A stretch of DNA of 64,000 nucleotides, taken from positions 38,768-102,767 of the forward strand of contig JBHLLF010000009.1 in assembly GCA_048885865.1 (NCBI GenBank), read 5' to 3'. Of this stretch, positions 47,035 through 55,656 are shown one piece after another; within the stretch, counting starts at the first letter, position 1, and every line of letters starts with the position of its first letter. Below the pieces are notes generated by a model that was given only the letters and a program-made list of their open reading frames with translations, had not been told where the DNA came from and made no database searches. This stretch comes from Candidatus Hermodarchaeota archaeon (lineage in GTDB: Archaea; Asgardarchaeota; Thorarchaeia; Thorarchaeales; Thorarchaeaceae). Made by a program: the position numbers and the translations under genes.

Positions 47035-47502
47035 ATGATGTCAGGCAAACGTGTTCTAGCTGCGGGCAAGTTCGACATTTTACATCTCGGGCATCTAGCA
47101 TATCTCGAACAAGCCAAGGAGATTGCTGGTAAAGAGGGCGAACTCATTGTTGTAATTGCCTTGGACAAGACCATTGAAAAGGAGAGGGGTGCTCCACCTG
47201 TCTTTCCTCAAGATCAACGTAGAAAGCTTGTGGAATCACTGGATGTCGTTGATAAAGCAATTCTTGGTTATGACACATCTGATCATTCTCTTATCGTTGC
47301 AGATGTGAAGCCAGACATTATCGCACTTGGTTATGACCAGACGACCAATATTCAATCATTAGAGAAGAGATTCCAGGAGAAAAACATGAAAATTGAAATC
47401 GTGAGACTCAAACAGCGAAAGGCGGATGGTCTGTTCTCCTCAACCCTGATACGAGAACGAATAATTGAATTCTACCGTGAGAACGGCAGGGCTCGGACTT
47501 AG
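47035..47502 (+). CDS. ribL: FAD synthase (cytidylyltransferase family)
   Basis: GKFDILHLGH, PDIIALGYDQ, SSTLI. Confidence 0.85.
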   Translation: MMSGKRVLAAGKFDILHLGHLAYLEQAKEIAGKEGELIVVIALDKTIEKERGAPPVFPQDQRRKLVESLDVVDKAILGYDTSDHSLIVADVKPDIIALGYDQTTNIQSLEKRFQEKNMKIEIVRLKQRKADGLFSSTLIRERIIEFYRENGRART

Positions 47503-48852
47503 CTACATCACCAGCTCGCCACGCGCTTTCGCATCTCTGACTAGAGTCGCTTTTCTCTTTCTTCGGTCAATTGTCCATTTCCATGTACCGGTCGCAATTG
47601 CAATCAATAGTACTAGACCGAACAGCCCAAGAAGCGTATACCAACCAAATGGGAAATGGACTAGGAAATCTGGAAGCGGGCCGGATATGAAATATGGCCA
47701 GTTCACCACAACTCCAAATGCATAAAGGAAGCCCACTATTGTAAGCTCCTTTAGATAGCCAATTCTGTGTTCATCTTTTTCGAAGAGAAATATTGCAGGA
47801 CCGAGCCAGAAGAGATACCAGGGCATCTCCCATCTGAACACAAAGAGGATTGCTGGAAGCATATAGATGTAGAGGGGTTTCAAGAGGTTGATTTTTCCTA
47901 ACAGAGAAGCATTTCGGAAGGCCTCACGCTCGGGGAGGTAGAGCCGAATCGTAAACAACATGAAAGCAGCATATATCAGAACCGGGATAAGAGCAGGTGG
48001 CCAGATATAGCTCCCAATGACCGTACTGTTCTCGACAATCGGAGAGTTTGTGAACAGACCCGGATACATCGGATTTACTATATAGGAACTATAGGTGGAC
48101 GTATTCAGAAAGTGGTTCAATAACGAGCTGAAATCAACACCTAGAAACAGGAATGGTATGACTGTGAGCGCCATGGATACAATGAACCAGATTAGTGACA
48201 CAGGAGCTGCAAGAAACAATATTGGCAGAGCAACCACGGAATAAATCTTGGTCTGGACTGAGAGACCTAGTGCAAACATACCTTTCCCATATTGCTTCTC
48301 TTGGAGAAGAACTAGTGACATAAGAAAGAGGCAGTCTACAATAGGCTCTAGTTTACCACCACCTGCAGACATAATCAGACCATAAACATAATATCCGGCG
48401 AAGAAAATCCGTGCCCAATTGTCTCTGAAGATACGGTCGCCTAGGAGAATTGCAACTAGAACTAGATTCAGATTGAACACGAGTGTCAGTATGAAGTTTA
48501 GCCACACTGGCTGCAAGCCCCCCTGCCCGGGGAATAACCATGTAGCTATTGAGAAGAAAATCAGACCAAACACAGGATACTCGTAGGTTATGTTGCCTAG
48601 ATAATCGGGAAGCACATGGTTGCCATCATTGTACCCCCATTCTGGAGGAAGGGCTGCCGCAAGCTCATGGTCGTTCATCTCGTAGACTTCGAACCCGTAT
48701 AACCAGAATGCCTCTCCGTACATCTCGTTCCGATTACGATCACGCTCTATGACCAAGGTGTTGGCAAAGGGGATTGCTATCATAGAGATCATCAAGCTTA
48801 GTACAAGCTCTCTTCGGAATCTCCAAATTGTGATTGAGATTGCGCGGAGCAT
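47503..48852 (-). CDS. Multi-pass membrane protein, GT-C (GT87-like) glycosyltransferase candidate; start uncertain
   Basis: YEYPV motif after the first loop, TKIY, PWY; about 10 TM. Confidence 0.6.
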   Translation of the reverse strand: MLRAISITIWRFRRELVLSLMISMIAIPFANTLVIERDRNRNEMYGEAFWLYGFEVYEMNDHELAAALPPEWGYNDGNHVLPDYLGNITYEYPVFGLIFFSIATWLFPGQGGLQPVWLNFILTLVFNLNLVLVAILLGDRIFRDNWARIFFAGYYVYGLIMSAGGGKLEPIVDCLFLMSLVLLQEKQYGKGMFALGLSVQTKIYSVVALPILFLAAPVSLIWFIVSMALTVIPFLFLGVDFSSLLNHFLNTSTYSSYIVNPMYPGLFTNSPIVENSTVIGSYIWPPALIPVLIYAAFMLFTIRLYLPEREAFRNASLLGKINLLKPLYIYMLPAILFVFRWEMPWYLFWLGPAIFLFEKDEHRIGYLKELTIVGFLYAFGVVVNWPYFISGPLPDFLVHFPFGWYTLLGLFGLVLLIAIATGTWKWTIDRRKRKATLVRDAKARGELVM

Positions 48853-48972
48853 TTTCGGTTTCACCAGAATCCATAGTTGCGGGCTACGATGGCCCGCTTC
48901 TCGATGTCCATAATTAAGGTTTTGTGAGCAGAGCGCAATCCTGTCATATATAATGACTAGCAATACAACCTG

Positions 48973-50925
48973 TCAATTCAGGTAGGTTGGGCAAGGCCAT
49001 GTGTCACACTTCAGACAGTTTGTGCACCTTTCAGAATCCACTGAAATCTTCTCATCATCAAGATTCAACGCGTTATGGTCACACTGAGGGACACAGGACC
49101 CACATGCCTGACAAAAGAGGGCACGTTTCACTGCACGTTCCACTTGCTTGGCCAGAACCTCAACCTCAGACTCATCCTTCCCACGTATGACCAAAGATCC
49201 AGAGCTAAATAGGGTGATTGTATTATCACCAAATCGTGTTCTGAGTGCACCGAGCTCTTCAGAAACCCTAGTTGTTCCTAAGATAGGCATCAGTTTTGAT
49301 ATTCGATTTAAATCGACTCCTTCTGAGAATTGCCCCTCCAAACTATATCCAGAGTCTGCACAAGGAGAAACTCCCTGTACTACTTCTAGCTCTAGGCGGT
49401 CAGCAGGTCCTGGACGAACGCTTTCAATGTCTAGCTCGAGTTCTTCTATCAACTTCAATTGGCCTGGAGGAAGACTCTTCCATCTCCAGAAGCCAAGCTC
49501 AGCCCATTCCTGGGAATAACCCAGCTTTTTGGCCCAATCACCGATTGTCCTTTTCCATCTCGCGTACAGATCTGGATGAGTTTCGCGAAGACTCTCAATC
49601 TCAGCAAGGGGTGATGCAGGACACAGGTAGCAACCCATTCTATGGTAGCCTTTGTTATACATAGGGTTGAACGGCTCTTCTTCTCTGAATATATAGAGCC
49701 AAACCTCTAATGCGTTCCACCTCTGAATCGGGTTAGCTGATGTTTGTCCAGGAACCCAAGGATTTGATGAAACTCTTGGCTCCTGTGAACGCTGGAATGA
49801 CTCTAGTTTTCTCTGACCCATGAAGCTCAGTGTATCGCCACCAATCTTCTCACTGATTGCTATTGCAGCAGGACCAAGCTTGAGAACTTTGCAGCACCAA
49901 CGGAAATCCCTTGCAGGGGGTCCAAAGGTCTCTATTGACTCCCAAAATTGCTCACCGGCTTCCTGAGTCACAACTGTGGCCTGATGTCTTTGCGCAAAGC
50001 CATTCAGGTATTCTATTGTCTCGGGAAGCTCAAGACCGGTGTCCATAAAGAACAGAGGAGGACTCTCATTCAGAGCCTTTTTCACGAGAAGATATGTGAC
50101 CAGAGAGTCCTTGCCCCCACTGAACCCTACAACCACTGGTAAATGGTACTTCTCAATGGTCCGGTTTATGAACGAAATTGCCTCGAGTTCTATTACGTCA
50201 ATGTCATTGGTGCTAGACCGTACAGCATCATCCCAAGAAGCCGTCGTATGATTGATTGATGGCGGCCTTGGGTCGTCCACCTCACGGATTTTGACTGCAA
50301 AGCCTTTCGACTCACTAGCCATCTCCGCACCACTCATTCTCGCAATTCCGACACCTATCACGACTCCATTCGAATCAGCTACCCAGACTTCATCACCGAC
50401 CTCAATGGCTGAGTCACACCCAGCCACTCCGGGAAGCATCAGGTTTGCACCGCTTTTCAGGTACTGGAAGACCCCCTCATAGCATGAAACCCATTTCTGC
50501 TTGCTATGTCGTGCTATTCTTCGGGCTCCTTCCAGCGAGAGAAGGAAAGTGTAGTCCCTCTGAGGGATGTCGTAACGATGACGACCTATGACATAGCCGT
50601 CCACAACGTACTCAAACATTGCATCTAGTGAGGACACCTTGTTGATCACTATGGTCTTGTCTGCGGGCAGGACTTTCTGACCTACACCTTCACCAAACTG
50701 CTTGTCAATGGTAGATATTGCAGATTGCAAATGCCCCTCCATCGCTGGATATGGATCTCCGGGTGGTGATATCTCCACTTTTCTTGGCTCTTGACCACAG
50801 ACTCCACAACTGGTTTCAGCTGGCCTTGGTACATTGCACTCATCACACCAATACAGCCTGATTTTGGTGAGAAACGGTGCATGAGACCTTCTGAACTTTC
50901 TACGGCCTTGTTTCTTTCGAGCCAG
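48973..50925 (-). CDS. PAPS-reductase-family protein with Zn ribbon, PUA and 4Fe-4S domains; apparent CTG start
   Basis: In-frame N-terminal WCDECNVP...CGVCG upstream of GTG 50778; FSGGKDS, RWCCKVLKLGP, RMGCYLCP, CQACGSC. Confidence 0.85.
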   Translation of the reverse strand: MARKKQGRRKFRRSHAPFLTKIRLYWCDECNVPRPAETSCGVCGQEPRKVEISPPGDPYPAMEGHLQSAISTIDKQFGEGVGQKVLPADKTIVINKVSSLDAMFEYVVDGYVIGRHRYDIPQRDYTFLLSLEGARRIARHSKQKWVSCYEGVFQYLKSGANLMLPGVAGCDSAIEVGDEVWVADSNGVVIGVGIARMSGAEMASESKGFAVKIREVDDPRPPSINHTTASWDDAVRSSTNDIDVIELEAISFINRTIEKYHLPVVVGFSGGKDSLVTYLLVKKALNESPPLFFMDTGLELPETIEYLNGFAQRHQATVVTQEAGEQFWESIETFGPPARDFRWCCKVLKLGPAAIAISEKIGGDTLSFMGQRKLESFQRSQEPRVSSNPWVPGQTSANPIQRWNALEVWLYIFREEEPFNPMYNKGYHRMGCYLCPASPLAEIESLRETHPDLYARWKRTIGDWAKKLGYSQEWAELGFWRWKSLPPGQLKLIEELELDIESVRPGPADRLELEVVQGVSPCADSGYSLEGQFSEGVDLNRISKLMPILGTTRVSEELGALRTRFGDNTITLFSSGSLVIRGKDESEVEVLAKQVERAVKRALFCQACGSCVPQCDHNALNLDDEKISVDSERCTNCLKCDTWPCPTYLN

Positions 50926-50956
50926 TTGCAGTCAACTCCACTTTCTGAGGCTGCAC

Positions 50957-52747
50957 CTAGACATCCATTTTCAGCTTTTTGATGCGGTCTTTGGTGGGTC
51001 GCCCCTCTTTGTCCCAGCCCCTAAGGGAATAGTATTCTGTAAGCATGGTATCCAGATGAACTACGCGATCTCTGGAGTTGCCCTCTGGAAGTGGACTGAA
51101 GAATCGAGGAGGTAATTGGTCATCCTTAGTTGTTAAGCCTTCACGGTTGTTGAACATGCGCTCTAGATTATAGATGCGTTCGCCAATTTCAAGAATGTCT
51201 CGTCCACTTACTTGGAGGCCCGTGCCAGCGGCAAGGAATTCTGCATAATCATCAACTGTCCAAGCAAAGTTTGTGAACCGACAGAGAATCATTGAGTCCA
51301 TCACAGCAGAGAGGTTCTGATAGAGAATGACAAGATCAGCTTTCCCTCTTGGACTGTCTCGGTCAACCCTGACCGGACTCCCAAGAATCTCAGGACCAAT
51401 TAGGTATGACCGCAGGTGACAGCCGCCTCTATTGGACGTGGCATAGCCGAGGGCATGACCTTGAGCTCCCCGGGGATCATAGGCAGGAAGCTCCAGACCC
51501 TTTGCATGCATTGCTAACTCTGGAGCGCCGTACTTTTCTGCAAACGCTCGACTTCCTTCTCCTAGTTCAGCTCCAAGACCGCGGGCATGTCCCATGTCCC
51601 GTATTATCTCAATGAGACCCTCTGTTTCTCCAAACTGCAGAGGCGCATCAATCTTGCCTCTCTGCGCGAGTTCCATGGCACATCCTATAGTAGCACCAAC
51701 CGAGATCGTGTCAAGTCCAAGTAGATTACACTCATGATTGGCCAGGGTGATCCATTCTAGGTCGTTTATTCCACACTGGGGCCCAAAAGCCCAGATGGTC
51801 TCGTACTCTGGACCGCCAACCTCCTGATTGCCCACCCGGCTTATACGACCACACCCAATGGGACAGCCATAGCAGTTGTACCTTCCAACTAGCAGTCTCT
51901 CAATGAGTTTCTCTCCAGAAACTCCCACTGCATCATTGAATGTTCCTTCTTGGAAATTGTGGGTGGGTAGCATACCAAACTCATTGGTCACATTAACAAG
52001 GACAGACGTCCCGTAGATGGGAAGCGACTTGTCCGTCACAGCGTTCTTCTTGAGAAGCCGTCTTGCCCGCTTGACAGACTCCGCCAGTCTTTCTTTATCA
52101 TCTACTCCAATGCTTCCAGTACCTCTCACAACGATGGCCTTCAGGTTCTTCGAACCCATCACGGCACCTACCCCACCACGACCTGCAGCTCTATGCTTGT
52201 CCGTCATGATGGCAGCCAGATTGACTTTGTTTTCTCCTCCTGGGCCAATACATGCCACCTGTGCCTTTGAATCGGTTTCTTCTAGAAGCATGTCTGTACT
52301 TTCATACACATCTTTGCCCCATACCTTCGAGGCATCACGGATTTCGACCTGCTCGTCGTTAATCCATAGATACACTGGTTTGGAGGCGGCTCCTTCGAAG
52401 ATGATGGCGGCATAGCCTGCGCGACGGAGCTGTGCACCTATATAGCCTCCAACATTCGAGTCGAATATTGTACCAGTGAGAGGAGATTTTGTAATTACCT
52501 CAAGCCTGCCTGCAGTAGGAACAGGCATTGCTGTGAGGGGTCCAATAGCAAACACAAGGAGATTCTCAGGGGAGAGTGCATCTATTCCTGGGGATAGCGT
52601 GTCGTAGAGAATCTTGACGCCTAGACCTCTGCCTCCAAGATAGTTTCGATACAAGTCTTCTGGGATTGACTCGGTGGTGATCTTTGACTCCGAAAGGGAC
52701 ACTCGAAGAATCTTGGCATCAATATATGATATGGGTGAATCTGACAT
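50957..52747 (-). CDS. aor: Tungsten aldehyde:ferredoxin oxidoreductase
   Basis: YLGGRGLG, KSPLTG, AAGRGGVGAVMGSKNLKA, CYGCPIGC, PEYET, GLDTIS. Confidence 0.95.
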   Translation of the reverse strand: MSDSPISYIDAKILRVSLSESKITTESIPEDLYRNYLGGRGLGVKILYDTLSPGIDALSPENLLVFAIGPLTAMPVPTAGRLEVITKSPLTGTIFDSNVGGYIGAQLRRAGYAAIIFEGAASKPVYLWINDEQVEIRDASKVWGKDVYESTDMLLEETDSKAQVACIGPGGENKVNLAAIMTDKHRAAGRGGVGAVMGSKNLKAIVVRGTGSIGVDDKERLAESVKRARRLLKKNAVTDKSLPIYGTSVLVNVTNEFGMLPTHNFQEGTFNDAVGVSGEKLIERLLVGRYNCYGCPIGCGRISRVGNQEVGGPEYETIWAFGPQCGINDLEWITLANHECNLLGLDTISVGATIGCAMELAQRGKIDAPLQFGETEGLIEIIRDMGHARGLGAELGEGSRAFAEKYGAPELAMHAKGLELPAYDPRGAQGHALGYATSNRGGCHLRSYLIGPEILGSPVRVDRDSPRGKADLVILYQNLSAVMDSMILCRFTNFAWTVDDYAEFLAAGTGLQVSGRDILEIGERIYNLERMFNNREGLTTKDDQLPPRFFSPLPEGNSRDRVVHLDTMLTEYYSLRGWDKEGRPTKDRIKKLKMDV

Positions 52748-52759
52748 CAGTCATTCCTC

Positions 52760-53581
52760 CTAGTCATTGAACACATTTGCCGCTTTGTCCGGACACACCA
52801 AGCAACGCTCCTTGTACCAGACGTAGACCTCCTTTGGTTGTTTAGCAAGGTTAGCATGACGACTGGGACAGTCCCAGCATGGTCTGTCTTCCTGCATCCA
52901 GCTGTCGCTATACTGGGCCCATCGGAAATCTTCAACAATAGCAACACCGGCACTGGTTCCTAATCTGTCCGCACCCGCATCAAGCATCTTAATCGCGTCT
53001 TTGAAGCTGCGAATACCCCCCGCAGCTTTTACGCCCATATTCTTGCCTACAGTCTCTCGCATCAACCTTACATCATATGGAGTTGCACCCATAGGACCAA
53101 AACCAGTCGAGGTCTTCACAAAGTCAGCCCCAGCCTCCTTTGACAAAAGACAGCCCTTCCGTTTCTGGTCATCAGTCAGTAGACCGGTTTCAAGTATCAC
53201 CTTGGTGTGGGCATCACCAGATGCGGATACAACCGCCTCGATGTCATTACGGACAAAATCATAGTTCTCATCTCTCAGAGCACCAACATTCACGACCATG
53301 TCAACCTCATGAGCACCTGCCCGAACGGTTTCCTTGGTCTCGAAAGCTTTGGTTTCAGATGTATTGGCACCAAGTGGAAATCCAACCACGACACATACTT
53401 TCACATCTGAATCCTTCAGAAGCTCTGCAGCATAAGCGACGTGAACAGGATTGATACAAACAGCCGCGAAATTGTAAGTGAGAGCCTCTTCACAGATTTG
53501 GAGGATCTTACTCCTCTTTGTTTCGGCTTTTAGAACAGTATGATCAATAGTCTTTGCCAGTGCCTCGACGGTTAGGTCCAT
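52760..53581 (-). CDS. deoC: Deoxyribose-phosphate aldolase with Cys-rich C-terminal extension
   Basis: [40 protein letters not shown]. Confidence 0.95.
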   Translation of the reverse strand: MDLTVEALAKTIDHTVLKAETKRSKILQICEEALTYNFAAVCINPVHVAYAAELLKDSDVKVCVVVGFPLGANTSETKAFETKETVRAGAHEVDMVVNVGALRDENYDFVRNDIEAVVSASGDAHTKVILETGLLTDDQKRKGCLLSKEAGADFVKTSTGFGPMGATPYDVRLMRETVGKNMGVKAAGGIRSFKDAIKMLDAGADRLGTSAGVAIVEDFRWAQYSDSWMQEDRPCWDCPSRHANLAKQPKEVYVWYKERCLVCPDKAANVFND

Positions 53582-53644
53582 GATAGTGCCACCAGACGCG
53601 GAATGCACTGTCGGGGGCTATTAACTCTTCTATAAGTCAGTAAA

Positions 53645-53983
53645 CTAGCGAGCGCCGAGATATGACTTGATGTCATCTAAGACTTCTTTCTGTAACCGAA
53701 TGACGTCGTGGACCTCTATCTCCTCAGCCTCTTTCACGACTGAATTTAGCTGTACTACAGTACCAACGGTTTCTACCTTTGCGAAGTCCACCGGAAACTC
53801 TACTTCTGCGCCCTTTACAATTAGCTCTGAGCGGGTAGGATGCAGCCCTATCCTAATGCTGCGGACTATCCCAATCCTTCGTGCCCTACTGTCTAAAACT
53901 TCCTTACCCAATATTCGGCCGGGCATGCTTAGTTCATATAGCTCAGCTTCGATACTAGGCATTGGCTCACTAGTTGTCATCAC
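53645..53983 (-). CDS. PRC-barrel domain protein
   Basis: ILGKEVLDSRARRIGIVRSI...VDFAKVETVGTVVQL. Confidence 0.75.
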   Translation of the reverse strand: MMTTSEPMPSIEAELYELSMPGRILGKEVLDSRARRIGIVRSIRIGLHPTRSELIVKGAEVEFPVDFAKVETVGTVVQLNSVVKEAEEIEVHDVIRLQKEVLDDIKSYLGAR

Positions 53984-54185
53984 GTCTGGCTCCTAGTCTT
54001 CCTCTGGTTGCAGGAGTCTTTTTAGACCTAGTATTATCAAGTGGCAGTCATTTTACCAAACCGTAGAATCCTGTAAGAAGCAATCTACATTGACGATTAT
54101 CAGCCAAGTGCTATTTCATCCATCATGCAAGACTACTCAATGCAAACATCAGCACTGTTTGAGTGTCGAATAAACATCTGTCTTC

Positions 54186-55466
54186 TCAAATGAACATCAC
54201 GAAGAGCACGATATAGATTGAGCAGAGTATAATCTGAATGATGTTCACCATTATCGCATTGAGAAGAAACTGGCGCCATGACATTTCTGATTTATCAAAG
54301 CTTATCATCGACAAAATTAGCAATGGAACTGCTCCAAACGGTGTGGCCACACCACCTAGAGCCGCCCCAAACCCTACACCCCAAAATAGTGGATCTCGTA
54401 CACCAGTAGGCCAGTTCATAACCGTGGCCATATCAACGACAAGAGGAGCGAAGACCGTTGCTATGGGTGGTCCACCAATAATGAAGGTTCCAGCCCAAGC
54501 TCCCAAGAGCAACATCAAAGATGCAGGAATTAGTTGTCCGCCGCTTGCTGAAATAATGGCGTCTGAAATAACGCTTAGAATTCCGACAAGTTCCAATGCG
54601 CCTGACAGAATGAAGAGCCCACCGATGAAAAAGATGATGTCCCATTCTATATCGCGAAGACTTGTCCGGGGTTCAGAGTGACTGACAGTCATGAAAACAG
54701 TCATCCCCGCAAGAGCAACAACATACGGCTGAGGGAATAGGATAAAGGCAACAATTAGCAGAACAAAGAATCCTGCGTATACCCAAAACAGTCGGCGATT
54801 TGGCACCATCATCCAAGGGTCCAAATCCATCAAACGATCATATGCCTTTGAGTCAACAACAGTCAGTTGACCACGAATTATGTAGTAAACAGTGACAAGT
54901 GATACTGCAATCACTAGTAGTGCAAATATCCCGAAACGTGTCAGGTAATAATCGAATCCGAATCCTGCGTAATCGGCAATGATGATATTTGGTGTAGTGC
55001 CAATCAAAGTGAACGCACCGCCAGCACCAACTGCTAGCATTTCTCCGAGGAAAAACCCATACGGCTTAATCTCGAGTGCATAGCATGTTAGAATCACTAG
55101 ATAACCCATAATCAATATTACAACTGAATTCGGCAACACGGTTGATAAAACAGCAGTCAGTAAGAAGAAGATTACAAATAGCTTCTTTGGATTCCCTCGT
55201 GTCAATCGGACAAAATATACTGCAAGAAACTGAAAGACGCCTGCCCCACGCATTACCTCAGCAACTACTGTCATTCCGGCAATGACAAGAATCGGCTCTA
55301 AACGTATCATAGCTAAGATTTCTTGATCTGAAAACCCATTCATGATAAGAGCGATTGATACTAATACGGCCCCGAATAATGCGGCTGACGTATGATGAAT
55401 CACCCGTGTTGCAATTAGCAACACGGTAATGAGGAAGATTATCAGAATCAGCAGCCATAGCTCCAC
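54186..55466 (-). CDS. ArsB/NhaD/SLC13-family ion permease
   Basis: GGAFTLIGTTPNIII, IEWDIIFFIGGLF, LGGVATPFG; about 12 TM. Confidence 0.88.
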   Translation of the reverse strand: MELWLLILIIFLITVLLIATRVIHHTSAALFGAVLVSIALIMNGFSDQEILAMIRLEPILVIAGMTVVAEVMRGAGVFQFLAVYFVRLTRGNPKKLFVIFFLLTAVLSTVLPNSVVILIMGYLVILTCYALEIKPYGFFLGEMLAVGAGGAFTLIGTTPNIIIADYAGFGFDYYLTRFGIFALLVIAVSLVTVYYIIRGQLTVVDSKAYDRLMDLDPWMMVPNRRLFWVYAGFFVLLIVAFILFPQPYVVALAGMTVFMTVSHSEPRTSLRDIEWDIIFFIGGLFILSGALELVGILSVISDAIISASGGQLIPASLMLLLGAWAGTFIIGGPPIATVFAPLVVDMATVMNWPTGVRDPLFWGVGFGAALGGVATPFGAVPLLILSMISFDKSEMSWRQFLLNAIMVNIIQIILCSIYIVLFVMFI

Positions 55467-55656
55467 CGTGGTTCACATACATCAATTATTTAGTTCTAGG
55501 AACAAGATTTGAGCTATTCAAATTTGTCTTCTTGGTGTTTGCATTCATAAGACTACCTTTCTCTGTGAGTATATCGATGGGTAGAAAACCATAGGAGTCT
55601 TTTTACATTGAGTACTAGCACTGTAAGTCAGAAACAATCTAGTCCATGGAGCTTTA

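Noticed and set aside
50682-50882. Apparent frameshift or separate ORF before the PAPS-reductase-like gene
   Set aside because: The missing N-terminus is in the same frame as the main ORF. A CTG start explains it without a frameshift.
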